From positions 165,509 to 229,508 of IMG/VR virus record IMGVR_UViG_3300045594_000116: a DNA stretch of 64,000 nt; one strand, 5' to 3'. Numbering within the stretch: the stretch's first letter is position 1; the number at the start of each line of letters is the position of its first letter. Below, piece by piece: positions 49,420-59,615 of the stretch. Origin of the DNA: a virus (lineage: Duplodnaviria > Caudoviricetes). A program made the position numbers and the translations under genes. The notes under the pieces are model-generated. The model was not told the origin of the DNA and made no database searches. It saw nothing but the letters and a program-made list of their open reading frames with translations.

Positions 49420-50598
49420 TTACTTATTAGCGTTATGAGTTATAAGAGTAAAGTATAATAGAATAGATCTATTATAACTATTCTTGGTAGGTTCTCTGTG
49501 CTTTCTCTTTCTATAAGAAACAGAGTTATCTTCCAACCATCCCTCTATAATTGCACGCATTCTAAGGATATGAGGATCTTTAGTATTAGGTTTTGGAGCG
49601 ATAGTAAAGGTTATGAACCTAATATCAGTAACATCCTTTCTAGGATCTTTCTCGAAGTACGTATATACCAAGAGACGAATAAGCTCTTTGATTTCAAGAT
49701 TATACTCTTTCTTACCAATGATAGCTTCGATTATATTCTTGATCTCTTCAGTCTTTACATTAGAATCAGCGCACATCTTGCATGTCTTATAATCTACAGA
49801 TGCTGTATTAACACGCTGCATAGCTTTCTCTATGAATCTTTCAGCCTTTAAAGAATCAGAATCCGCCAGATGATAATCTCCCTGATCAAATGAATCAGAA
49901 TCATATGTCATATAATCCTTATTCTCATAAGCCTTATAGTACAGAGTTGCGATATTCTTCATGAATGTCTTTATACGGTCATGTAACTGCTGTATCAGAT
50001 ATACTATATCTTCATCTTCAAATTCCTTGAAACGTCTCTCATATGAACTCATCCACGTTATACCAAACTTCTTGATAGTTCCAAATACAGATCCTTCTGT
50101 TTTCAGATAGAACTTCTCAGAAAGCATATTGTTTACAACGAATTCCATTACATGACGATACTCACTTGGTGGTACTTTAGGGAAAGACATGTAGTGAATA
50201 GAAGGATAGAACTTGCCAGAGAATGCGAGATATATCATAGCTAATTCTGCATTCTTCTTATCTCTCTTCTTAATGAAGTAACGTACTACGCACATCATAA
50301 GAATAGTAAGTTCATCCTTAGCAGCTCTAGGATTGAATGCTGGAATAGGATAGAAGTAAGTTTGCTGAATAGTCTTAGATACAGTTTCTCTATCTATTCC
50401 TACTGCAGAAAACATAGCTTCTGCATCATCTTCGCTATAGTAAATTCTATCACAAGGGCAAGTATCAAATATATATTGATTACGATCATTGATGAACTTT
50501 TCTACTAAGCGCTTAAATTTATTCGTGTTACGAGCAAGCAAAGCATCGACCTTAGGACAGAGCCCAGATACGATGACTTTAGTGTTTGATTTACTCAT
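49420..50598 (-). CDS. Late hypothetical protein (probable virion protein)
   Basis: RBS GGAGGTG, late promoter GACA TTAGGG TA at 50617-50628. Confidence 0.8.
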   Translation of the reverse strand: MSKSNTKVIVSGLCPKVDALLARNTNKFKRLVEKFINDRNQYIFDTCPCDRIYYSEDDAEAMFSAVGIDRETVSKTIQQTYFYPIPAFNPRAAKDELTILMMCVVRYFIKKRDKKNAELAMIYLAFSGKFYPSIHYMSFPKVPPSEYRHVMEFVVNNMLSEKFYLKTEGSVFGTIKKFGITWMSSYERRFKEFEDEDIVYLIQQLHDRIKTFMKNIATLYYKAYENKDYMTYDSDSFDQGDYHLADSDSLKAERFIEKAMQRVNTASVDYKTCKMCADSNVKTEEIKNIIEAIIGKKEYNLEIKELIRLLVYTYFEKDPRKDVTDIRFITFTIAPKPNTKDPHILRMRAIIEGWLEDNSVSYRKRKHREPTKNSYNRSILLYFTLITHNANK

Positions 50599-50725
50599 TG
50601 TAAGTGCACCTCCAATTACCCTAATGTCGAACTATCCAATTATAAATTTTTAGCATAATTACATAAAAAATAAAGGGAGGAGTTGCTTCGGCTATCTCCC
50701 TTTAGAAAACCTTCGGTAAAAGGTT

Positions 50726-50905
50726 TTACACAGCTGCCATGCGGCAGCGGGTAGCCAATCCAGTTTCGGATTGCTGCCACTTGTTTATGCCCTCATCCAT
50801 GAGAGCGCAGAGTATTTCATCTGTAGTGCTTTCAGGATGATTGGCCTTGTATGAGTCGGTATGCGAACCTATATACTCGGCCAAAAAGCTTGAATAATCA
50901 GGCAT
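50726..50905 (-). CDS. Small early protein, 59 aa (MPDYSSFLAEYIGSHTDSYKANHPESTTDEILCALMDEGINKWQQSETGLATRCRMAAV); not in the ORF track
   Basis: RBS GAGAGGTGA within cassette copy 2. Confidence 0.7.
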   Translation of the reverse strand: MPDYSSFLAEYIGSHTDSYKANHPESTTDEILCALMDEGINKWQQSETGLATRCRMAAV

Positions 50906-50908
50906 GAT

Positions 50909-51022
50909 TTGTCACCTCTCTTCCTAGAATCGTGACAGCAGATATCCCTCTACCACTGCTATGGTAGAGGGATTTTCTGTGCTACGTATTCTTTATTCAC
51001 CTATATTATATATAACTGAAAT
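50909..51022 (-). repeat. Promoter-hairpin-RBS cassette, copy 2
   Basis: Homologous to 7337-7451. Confidence 0.85.
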
Positions 51023-51155
51023 ATGAGATAATGACAATATTTAGGTCTCTAGCCATCCTAGCTAGAGACCTGTATATATGTGCACACTTCCTAGGAAGAT
51101 TACCTTGATGTAGAAAAAAAGAAAGCAGCGTACTATACGCTGCTCCCTGTTTCAG

Positions 51156-51275
51156 TTAAGCTATTACGCTCCACTGAAACAGGACCTGATCTTTTGCAGA
51201 GAGAAGAGGATACACCTCTTCGTAGGTATAACCACCACGGGTTACCATCTCCACCGCCTGATCTACTGTAATCAT
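51156..51275 (-). CDS. Small early protein (39 aa)
   Basis: RBS AAAGGAGGTG, own promoter (51353) and terminator (about 51124-51144). Confidence 0.7.
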   Translation of the reverse strand: MITVDQAVEMVTRGGYTYEEVYPLLSAKDQVLFQWSVIA

Positions 51276-51451
51276 TGTATCACCTCCTTTAATTGCTACA
51301 CTTATTACTATGCAGAACCAGAATTGATTCTCGCTTTTATCTCTATCACTGATATAATATATAGTCAAAATACTTTAGTCTAACAGATCTTCTATGTTCC
51401 TTAATGACAAAAAAAAGAAAGTCCATAATGGACTTTCTTCTTAGAGATCTA

Positions 51452-51757
51452 TTAAGCAGCTTTAGGCATACTCTTATAGATCTCATCTATACAGCGGCGA
51501 GTCAGGTAGCCACCATAGCGACCATTATCCTCTACGGATATATGATCGCTATTAAAGTTACATCTGCTTGAATAGCTCTTATACTTAAGAGATCTAAGTA
51601 TAAGAGAACTAATCAAACTAATTTCGAAGTTAACGAACGTAAGCAGAACATCCACATCCTGTTTCTTATCTATAACTCTTACCTGACCATTGACGACTGT
51701 GTAGCCATCTTTGTTTATCGATGTATAGGTGCTCTTACTAATTTCTAATTTAACCAT
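51452..51757 (-). CDS. Small early protein
   Basis: RBS GGAGG, promoter at 51840, terminator at about 51415-51440. Confidence 0.7.
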   Translation of the reverse strand: MVKLEISKSTYTSINKDGYTVVNGQVRVIDKKQDVDVLLTFVNFEISLISSLILRSLKYKSYSSRCNFNSDHISVEDNGRYGGYLTRRCIDEIYKSMPKAA

Positions 51758-51917
51758 GATTAAATCCTCCATTTAAAGTTATATATTATTAGACTCATTA
51801 CTTGTTTAGGAATAAAGTGATCTCTACTTCATTCACTACAATTATATATAACCATAATTTCGGACTTTTACAAAAAATAAAAGAGAGCTCGCAATGAGCT
51901 CTCTTCTATATATTGCT

Positions 51918-54311
51918 TTATACCTTGATTACACTCTTCAGTTCACCAGCCAATGGCTTCTCACCAGCACTAATGCTAGAACCATCTCTAATCTCCCCAG
52001 CTTTCAACTCCAACGTAGCATAGTTAGAGTTCTCAAGCTGAATGATAGTCTCTGGTTTGCAGATAAGAATACGTTTGATTCTATCTGTCTTTCCGAGCTT
52101 GATTACAGCACTTCCAGACTTACCACGGCTAGACCGCATATTAGCATCCAATGGCAGTTTATTAATACGACCGTTCTTTGTAACAACGACCATATTCGTA
52201 GCTCCTGGATATATGCATTCCATACCATCAATATCATGACTTGTTCTCATACCAGAATAGCCCTTAGTGGTTCTTCTGATATAAGGAGCCTCTTCTCCAG
52301 AGAGTCTAATAGCCTTATTATGAGAATAGATCAGCAGATCAAATTCTGCAGGCATGAATACTATATCCTTTACATAGTCTCCTTCATCAAGCTTGCAATA
52401 CACAAGGCCTTTGTTAGAAGGAACATCGATAAAGTCATCCATATCCATTCTCTTAAGATAGCTATCATTGCTGATCGTATACACATAGTATTTGATCTTC
52501 GGATTTGATGCCATAGCCTGAAGACTAGACTTAGGAATAGCGCATGCGATATCCGCAGTCAATCCATTGATCATAACTTTGATATCCATTCCGGCTGTTC
52601 CTTTCGGAGAGAATGGAATCTTATGCACTGGGTATTCGAATACTTTACCAGTAGCCCCAAAGATAGTGATACTATCCCTATTATCAATAGGAATAATGAA
52701 CTTCTCTCTATCACCGCCAAGTGATCCGATACGCTCATTGATATCTACCTTCTTGATATGGTTATTCTCAGTAATTACTACCTTGAACATACCACCCGGA
52801 ATCTGAGATGCTTCTTCTCTGGAGATAACACGACTACGTCTAGGACAGCCATAACGCTTATTAATCTCCTTGAGTTCTTCCTCGATCTCTTTATCGAGTT
52901 CTTCAGTATGGGTAACTTTGTAGAAATACAGATCAGCTTTCTGCTTCTCTTCTTTCACAAGTTCTTCATACTTCTTCATATACCCAAGACTCAATTTCTT
53001 GAATCCAAGATCCAGAAGGAACTTTGCCTGAAGTGGAGTTACTTTCAAGCTCTTCGTAAATGCTTCAATCATTTTTGCATCATCAGCTTTTTTCTGATTA
53101 TACACCCCATCCTGAATAGCACGAATCTTTCCAGACTTCATTGCGTAGAGATACAACTCATACTTATGGATATTCGTCTTAGATTCCTGAAGCTTATTCG
53201 TATAAACACGGAATTTAGCTTCTCTACGTGCATTCAAGAAAAGATTAATGTAATGAGTATAACTCAAGAGAGCTGGACCCTTACCAAGAATAACTTCAAA
53301 ATCGACCGGTACTGTAGATTCCATACTGGTCATATTGTATACCATTTCTCTTACATATGCAGGATCTGCCTCACGTTTCAGAACGATGTATACTTCGAAG
53401 TTCTCCTCTTTAGTCTTCTTGTCAAGTGTAGTATTATTGAGAATCTCATGAACCTGTGGCATCTTATTAGATTCAACAAGTTTCTCGATCTCCTCTTTAA
53501 CCGTCTTAAAGAATACCCTATCCGGCATGGAGAGAACTTTCAGAGCTGGATATTTTCCGCCTCTACCATAATCCCACTCAGTGATCTCAAGCCGACCACG
53601 AACCTTGAATTTACCTTTACCTGTATTACAGATATCTTTGAAGTTCGTAGCGATGATATCTGATCCCATGCAGTTATCAGGAATCAAGAATACCTGATGG
53701 CGAGGATTATGAATAACTTTGATTGTCTCTGCAATTACCTCTGAGATATTATGCTTCGGAAGTTCCGTTACCATTCCCACTGCGATGCCACTCGTTCCAT
53801 TAATCAAAAGATTAGGAACTGCTGCAGGGAAATATACCGGTTCTTTGCAACTATTGTCATAGTTATTTCTCCAGTCTACGGATGACGAGGTTTCATTCAA
53901 TTCTGATACAATGCAATCTAATGCATAATCAGATAATGCTACCTCAGTATAACGTGCAGCTGACTGCTTATCGCCATACATACTACCATAACCACCCTGT
54001 GCCCTAATCAAAGGACAATAAATCTCAAACCAGTTTACCATAGGTTTGATCGCATCCTCTACAGATGCTGGGCCATGCGGATGATACTTACCGATTACAT
54101 GGCCTGATACTCGTGACGTTTTAATCGTCTTACAATTGTGCTTGTTCATATGAAAATCCTTGAATAATGAATACAGGATTCTACGATGAACATTCTTCAA
54201 TCCATCAATAGGATTAGGCAATACACGATGCCTAACCAAATAGATGATGTACTCACTGTAATCCATATTATGCTGCTTAAGCATATTTACAGGAATGATT
54301 TGTTCTGACAT
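51918..54311 (-). CDS. gyrA: Type IIA topoisomerase subunit A (GyrA/ParC-like)
   Basis: DGLKNVHRRILY, GKYHPHG, catalytic AARYTE, PNLLINGTSGIAVG and beta-pinwheel blades. Confidence 0.93.
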   Translation of the reverse strand: MSEQIIPVNMLKQHNMDYSEYIIYLVRHRVLPNPIDGLKNVHRRILYSLFKDFHMNKHNCKTIKTSRVSGHVIGKYHPHGPASVEDAIKPMVNWFEIYCPLIRAQGGYGSMYGDKQSAARYTEVALSDYALDCIVSELNETSSSVDWRNNYDNSCKEPVYFPAAVPNLLINGTSGIAVGMVTELPKHNISEVIAETIKVIHNPRHQVFLIPDNCMGSDIIATNFKDICNTGKGKFKVRGRLEITEWDYGRGGKYPALKVLSMPDRVFFKTVKEEIEKLVESNKMPQVHEILNNTTLDKKTKEENFEVYIVLKREADPAYVREMVYNMTSMESTVPVDFEVILGKGPALLSYTHYINLFLNARREAKFRVYTNKLQESKTNIHKYELYLYAMKSGKIRAIQDGVYNQKKADDAKMIEAFTKSLKVTPLQAKFLLDLGFKKLSLGYMKKYEELVKEEKQKADLYFYKVTHTEELDKEIEEELKEINKRYGCPRRSRVISREEASQIPGGMFKVVITENNHIKKVDINERIGSLGGDREKFIIPIDNRDSITIFGATGKVFEYPVHKIPFSPKGTAGMDIKVMINGLTADIACAIPKSSLQAMASNPKIKYYVYTISNDSYLKRMDMDDFIDVPSNKGLVYCKLDEGDYVKDIVFMPAEFDLLIYSHNKAIRLSGEEAPYIRRTTKGYSGMRTSHDIDGMECIYPGATNMVVVTKNGRINKLPLDANMRSSRGKSGSAVIKLGKTDRIKRILICKPETIIQLENSNYATLELKAGEIRDGSSISAGEKPLAGELKSVIKV

Positions 54312-54376
54312 TAAACTCTAACTCCTTTTTGTATTTGGATTTCTTTCATATCTATAATATATAGCCAAGCTTCAGA

Positions 54377-54682
54377 TTATAAGCATAAAAGAAACGGAAC
54401 CAGCGAAATGCCAATTAGAGCTATAGTCTTGCTGATTCTATCTCCTATAATCATAGCCCATAAAGCACCCTCTAACAATCCTACGACACTTGTGCTCAAT
54501 CCATCTCCAAGTGATAAGGACTTATGTGCTACACATATCATTATTGCAGATAACACACAACCACCCATAGACCAAAATAAACCACGATCTACATTCATAA
54601 GCGTTCCAATTGCTATATATGTCCACCCAAATACCACGATAGGAAATAATGGATGCAACTGATATATTTGATCAAATAACAT
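54377..54682 (-). CDS. Small multi-TM membrane protein (SMR/EamA-like size)
   Basis: About four hydrophobic helices in ~100 aa, RBS AAGGTGA. Confidence 0.6.
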   Translation of the reverse strand: MLFDQIYQLHPLFPIVVFGWTYIAIGTLMNVDRGLFWSMGGCVLSAIMICVAHKSLSLGDGLSTSVVGLLEGALWAMIIGDRISKTIALIGISLVPFLLCL

Positions 54683-54748
54683 GTAATCACCTTTCGTATG
54701 GAAAAGTAAAAAAGAGTAGGAGATCAACCCCTACTCTCTTATAATTTC

Positions 54749-55567
54749 TTAGTGACGCATTTTCTTCTTGAGGTTCTTCTTACCCTCATGCTTCTTGCCT
54801 TGCTGAGCTTCCGGAATCTCTGGCTCAAGAGCCTCTCCATGTGCTTCAGCCTCTTTGACTGGCGGCTCTACCTTATCTCGAACAGCCTCTTCCAGTTCTT
54901 CTTCAGCGTTGTTGCAAGAGGCATCAACTCCGGAGGTACACTGCTCGGTTGTGTCGATGATATCTTCTTCATGCTTGTCAAGCTCAGGCTCTTTCCCCTC
55001 TGCCGTGGAAGGATGACTTGTTTCTTTTTCAACTTCCTTCACCTCTACTTTATCTCCAGTAGATCCGAATCCACCATTGCGGGATTTACCCACTCCAGCT
55101 TCATCTCCTTCTACTACAAAATACTGCTGGATTACACCTTGACAGAAGCGACTTCCCTGCTCAATGATAACAGGTTTGCCGCTGTTATTCTTTATGAACT
55201 CTACGATATGACCTTCATTAGAAGGGTTACCATAGTAATCAGAATCAATTACAGAAACCTGATTCATCAGTTCAAGACCGCGCTTCGTAGCATATCCAGA
55301 ACGGATATACATAGCGAGGAATTTATCTTTGTCGAGCTTTACTTTGATTCCCGTTGGGACCTTTGCCGAACCGTGCGCAGGTACGAGAACAGTAATAGGA
55401 GCGACAAAATCGTAACCAGCAGAAGCTCCAGTGGAACGAACAGGTACTGGCATTTTCTCTTCAAAGTATTTGACAAGTAATGCAATCTGACTGTTACTGG
55501 TAACCGCATTGCGATTCTCCTCCAAATATGCTTTATATGCTTCTGTACTAATTTTTTCAAACTTCAT
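54749..55567 (-). CDS. dut: Trimeric dUTPase with ~100-aa acidic C-terminal tail
   Basis: SAGYDF, VPTG, RSG, VIDSDYYG, RFCQG and RNGGFGSTG motifs. Confidence 0.93.
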   Translation of the reverse strand: MKFEKISTEAYKAYLEENRNAVTSNSQIALLVKYFEEKMPVPVRSTGASAGYDFVAPITVLVPAHGSAKVPTGIKVKLDKDKFLAMYIRSGYATKRGLELMNQVSVIDSDYYGNPSNEGHIVEFIKNNSGKPVIIEQGSRFCQGVIQQYFVVEGDEAGVGKSRNGGFGSTGDKVEVKEVEKETSHPSTAEGKEPELDKHEEDIIDTTEQCTSGVDASCNNAEEELEEAVRDKVEPPVKEAEAHGEALEPEIPEAQQGKKHEGKKNLKKKMRH

Positions 55568-55684
55568 TTTTGCATCTCCTTAAGTGACGTATTTGGCCTC
55601 ATCTAGAGAGCCCTATTATATTGTTTACGCTCTAATTAAAAAATAAAGGGAGACTATAGGGCCTCCCTCCATTTTCATACAAAC

Positions 55685-55984
55685 TCAGCGTTTATGCTCT
55701 ACTAATGTTACCTTACCAGTAAGCACACCGAATGTGCTATCTTCCTGATAGGTATAGGTTTCTGCATCTTCGTCTGGCCTCATCTCTCTGGTAAGATACC
55801 AGAGAGAATCACTCTTATCCCAGTTGGTATTTACCAGTTTGGTATTGGCAGGAAGGTCAACTGTCATGTTACCACCGATATGCCTAGCTACCGGATTAAA
55901 ACCTAAGAAAAATGAAACTGCTGAGCAGAATACAATTATAAGAATCACTACAAGAATAAGTTGATTCATATTTTTAATGCTCAT
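55685..55984 (-). CDS. Phage membrane-anchored protein
   Basis: TM helix plus AR..GG...V.LP...KL....W....LWYLTR motif common in large phages. Confidence 0.75.
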   Translation of the reverse strand: MSIKNMNQLILVVILIIVFCSAVSFFLGFNPVARHIGGNMTVDLPANTKLVNTNWDKSDSLWYLTREMRPDEDAETYTYQEDSTFGVLTGKVTLVEHKR

Positions 55985-56987
55985 TTTTCATTCTCCTTGC
56001 TACATCTTCATCTACCGGAATACACTCAAGATCTGCGAATGGGTTAAAGCAAGATCTCCAACCACATGCATGAGCGTGCCCGCCTCCACCATACTTAATG
56101 GCAATAGGTTCACCATCAAAATCTGGCTTATCGGAGAAGAGCGAGATCGTCCATTCTCCACTACGAAGTTTGCTATATATAGCAACTGCATCATACTCTT
56201 TGATATGAGCACCAAAGCTATACGATGATCCCCTTCCCTCACGAATACAAATGCGATGCCCTTCAAAGGTGCATACCTTTGCAAATGCATAGTACATCAG
56301 CTCATTGACTTCGGCATTCAGTTCGTAGAACCTCTTCCCGATCCTAAGTGCTCTCTTAAAGCAGCTTTCATCATAAAGCAAATCGGAAAGCATTTTGCTA
56401 TCAACATCATTCATCATAGCTTTATAAGTGAATGCATTAAGATACCATGCATCCAAATTGGATGGATCGGCATTGATATCATAGCACCATACCAGATCAA
56501 CCAGCTTTTTGACATGAGGGGAAGACATGTATTCAGGACAGGAGTTAACCCCTTCCTCTATTACCATTTCATAACAGAGTTTCGTACCAGAACTCTTCAT
56601 GTCCACTATACCGTTAACCTTTGTAAAGTTATTGGCCAGTATCTTATCGAGCTCTGGAACTGCAGACTTGTGATGATCTCTCCAGAATACCATATCGCAA
56701 TTAGGTTCATTCTCGAACTTCTTTGCTTCTTCATACGGGAAATTATAGTCTGTGATGAACACAACTGTTCTTCCGAAGTTATGGATATTATCAATGATAC
56801 TATCCCAATCGGCCCTTGTATCTCTATAATCGCACTTGAGCATGATTATAGTTTCGAACTTTGGGTGCATCCAATCGTAGAGCATCCTAGCTCCTACCAG
56901 TCCGTCATTGTCATCATGATGGATGATAATGATTCTTTTGATACCTTCCGATACCATTGTTTCAAGTAAATCTTTCTTTTCTGACAT
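55974..56987 (-). CDS. DHH/DHHA1 family phosphoesterase
   Basis: HHDDNDG, ITDY, DHH and GGGGHAHACG motifs. Early promoter at 57032. Confidence 0.88.
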   Translation of the reverse strand: MSEKKDLLETMVSEGIKRIIIIHHDDNDGLVGARMLYDWMHPKFETIIMLKCDYRDTRADWDSIIDNIHNFGRTVVFITDYNFPYEEAKKFENEPNCDMVFWRDHHKSAVPELDKILANNFTKVNGIVDMKSSGTKLCYEMVIEEGVNSCPEYMSSPHVKKLVDLVWCYDINADPSNLDAWYLNAFTYKAMMNDVDSKMLSDLLYDESCFKRALRIGKRFYELNAEVNELMYYAFAKVCTFEGHRICIREGRGSSYSFGAHIKEYDAVAIYSKLRSGEWTISLFSDKPDFDGEPIAIKYGGGGHAHACGWRSCFNPFADLECIPVDEDVARRMKNEH

Positions 56988-57105
56988 TGTGTATATCCTC
57001 CTTATAGATACTAAATATTGTCATTCACCATTATAATATATGCTTATTACAACGTCTAATTACAGATAAAAAATAATACCCCTACCCGAAGGTAGGGTAT
57101 TATTT

Positions 57106-59502
57106 TTACAAATCGTATCCGCTAAAGTCAACCATATCAAGAATAGCCTTCTTGTTTGAATCATAGTTTCGAATAGCCTGAATCTCTTTGTCGATATCCG
57201 CTGCAGTTACCTGCATAAGAGTTCTATTATAATCTGGATGCAAGGTAGATTCCATAAGCTGCCATGCATCCATTTCGCCCAGTCCTTTATAGCGCTGGAT
57301 ATTGGATGGCTGATACTTATCGTAGATATTCATCAAGCCGAGTAATGTCGTCGATTGACCATTGACTCTAAATCCATTATATGGACAATTGTCAATGAGA
57401 TTGATCAGATTTACACAACGATTCTCCATGAATTCATTGTATACGATAGTCTGAATCTTCTCCCCAGTCAATCCATCGAAGCATAAAGATCCATTAGTTA
57501 CCTTGACGCTCATATACGGATCGATCTTCTTCAGAAGCTTCTCAGTCTTCGTAGCATTATTCTTACGATTACGAAGAATGAATTCCAATAAGAATGGATC
57601 TACAGAGAACGTCTGGCAGCAACTCGTAGCCAGCTCTTGCATATCATGGTTAACCACGATAAGATGCTTCAACTCACGAGGCGGAATCTTGTGTCCTTTA
57701 TCATCGGTAACAGATACCTCATGGCTGAATCCTTTCATAGTATACTCTACATAATCTTCCATGGTAGTAAAGTATACAACTTTACCATTATGCAGCGTAA
57801 CAGAATACAGTGGCGGTTGTGCGAAATAGAACCTGCCGGCTTCAAGAGCTGCACGATAATATACGATCATAGTCTTAAGGATCAACTGTCTGATATGTTT
57901 ACCATCGACATCTGCATCCGCCAGTACAATGATCTTATCAAATGGACATTTCTCAAGAATGAAGTTTTTTCCATCTCCGGAACCTAGTAAAGAGCGCAGT
58001 CCGACTGCCTCTTCATTCTCAAAGTATGCCGCTCTATTATACGACATCGCATTCTTAAATTTACCGCGAATTGGGAATATACCTTGGCGTTTTGGATCTC
58101 GTGCTTTTCTAGCAGGACCCATAGCTGAGTCTCCTTCTACTATAAGAAGCTCAAGATTCTTCTTACCGATTGGCTTTTCATATTTAGCCGGAAGTCCATC
58201 GATCGAAGATTTATTCTTCAATACGATCTTAGCCTTATCTTTCTCCCCCTTTGTACGGAGATCGGCTACTTCCTTCAAGTATTTACATAACTTTTGCAAA
58301 TCATCAGAGTGAGTCTTAATCCATTCATTCAGCTGAACACGAATAGTGTTCTTCACAAACTCCGGAACATCTTCATTACTGAAGATCTCCTTAGCCTGAC
58401 CCGAGAATATCGGATCGATATGTGATACTGTAATGACAGCATTAAGCCCAGCATTGATAACGTCATCTGCGATGACCTTTGTCTTAGATTTGGTATTCGC
58501 CAGAAACACTTTATTCATGTGATTTCTGAAGAAACTACCAACCTCATCAACAAACGCTTTCGTATGTACACTAGTGTGTGCATCATCCGAAATACCGCCT
58601 GTTGGACAAGCATTTGCAAAGCTACGTACTACTGCTTTTCCTCCGACATTCGTTGGGTCGAAGGTAAAAGCTATATCGGTTTTCATTGTAAGATCGTCTT
58701 TGATAGCACTGATAGTAATCGGTGCGATTAACGGCTTTCCAATCGTAGAAATGATATACGTCATGATACCATCCTGATTAGTGATATCCTGTTTGAACTG
58801 AGTTCCATCGAGACGAGTTCCTACGAACTGAACAGTAGTTCCGATGTTCATCAACGGAACCAGAGTTGCCACAAGGTTAAGGACATCTTCACACGTACAT
58901 GTGATATCTCCCATGATAAGTTTGGAAGGTACGAAGGTTACCCTAGTACCCTGGAAATCATCCTTGTTAGGTTTTTCCACTTCTCCCTTATGAGAACCCT
59001 TGAGGTTTACCACTTCTCCTTCTTTGAATTCGATGTGGTGACATGCAGGTTTACCATTGATCAAACTGCACATATAAGAGTCTACGATGAACGAATGACT
59101 CAATGCATTTACAACCTTGGAACCTACACCATGCATTCCGGATGCGAATACTCCGGCACGCGGTTTGAAGTTTGAACCAGTATTGGTATTGGTGAAGATA
59201 TTGTGCATATCTCCAAAAGGAATACCTCTACCATTATCCAGTACAGAAACTGTTTTGGTAACCTCATCATAAGATACCATACCAGTTGTACATGGTGAAT
59301 CTTCCTTCTGAATCTCATCAAGCATATTCTGTACAATCTCTCGTACCATGTTGATGAAACCTTTGTTACCCTTATATCCAATGAACTCACCTGGACGTTT
59401 TCTGATCGCTTCAAAGTCCGAAAGGCTGATAATAGTATCAGCATAGCCTTTGATTTTCTTGATCTTGTCTGCAGTGAGATTTCCTTTCTTCAACTTAGGC
59501 AT
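57106..59502 (-). CDS. gyrB: Type IIA topoisomerase subunit B (GyrB/ParE-like)
   Basis: AIRKRPG, EIVQNMLDE, DNGRGIP, GMHGVG, VEGDSA, PIRGK, DADVDG and QRYKGLGEM motifs. Confidence 0.94.
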   Translation of the reverse strand: MPKLKKGNLTADKIKKIKGYADTIISLSDFEAIRKRPGEFIGYKGNKGFINMVREIVQNMLDEIQKEDSPCTTGMVSYDEVTKTVSVLDNGRGIPFGDMHNIFTNTNTGSNFKPRAGVFASGMHGVGSKVVNALSHSFIVDSYMCSLINGKPACHHIEFKEGEVVNLKGSHKGEVEKPNKDDFQGTRVTFVPSKLIMGDITCTCEDVLNLVATLVPLMNIGTTVQFVGTRLDGTQFKQDITNQDGIMTYIISTIGKPLIAPITISAIKDDLTMKTDIAFTFDPTNVGGKAVVRSFANACPTGGISDDAHTSVHTKAFVDEVGSFFRNHMNKVFLANTKSKTKVIADDVINAGLNAVITVSHIDPIFSGQAKEIFSNEDVPEFVKNTIRVQLNEWIKTHSDDLQKLCKYLKEVADLRTKGEKDKAKIVLKNKSSIDGLPAKYEKPIGKKNLELLIVEGDSAMGPARKARDPKRQGIFPIRGKFKNAMSYNRAAYFENEEAVGLRSLLGSGDGKNFILEKCPFDKIIVLADADVDGKHIRQLILKTMIVYYRAALEAGRFYFAQPPLYSVTLHNGKVVYFTTMEDYVEYTMKGFSHEVSVTDDKGHKIPPRELKHLIVVNHDMQELATSCCQTFSVDPFLLEFILRNRKNNATKTEKLLKKIDPYMSVKVTNGSLCFDGLTGEKIQTIVYNEFMENRCVNLINLIDNCPYNGFRVNGQSTTLLGLMNIYDKYQPSNIQRYKGLGEMDAWQLMESTLHPDYNRTLMQVTAADIDKEIQAIRNYDSNKKAILDMVDFSGYDL

Positions 59503-59615
59503 TCGTTTGCCTCCTACTTTGTAAAAATAAATTAATCATTAAAAGCATAAATTGAGGAGTAGAGAATAATCTCTACTCCCCTATTATTTGCTCTTAACAA
59601 TTTACGGCTTCAGGA

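Noticed and set aside
29957-59502. Introns or inteins in RNAP, ligase, RecA or topoisomerase genes (common in AR9-like phages)
   Set aside because: The ORFs are continuous with expected lengths, and no intein termini or homing endonuclease motifs were seen.
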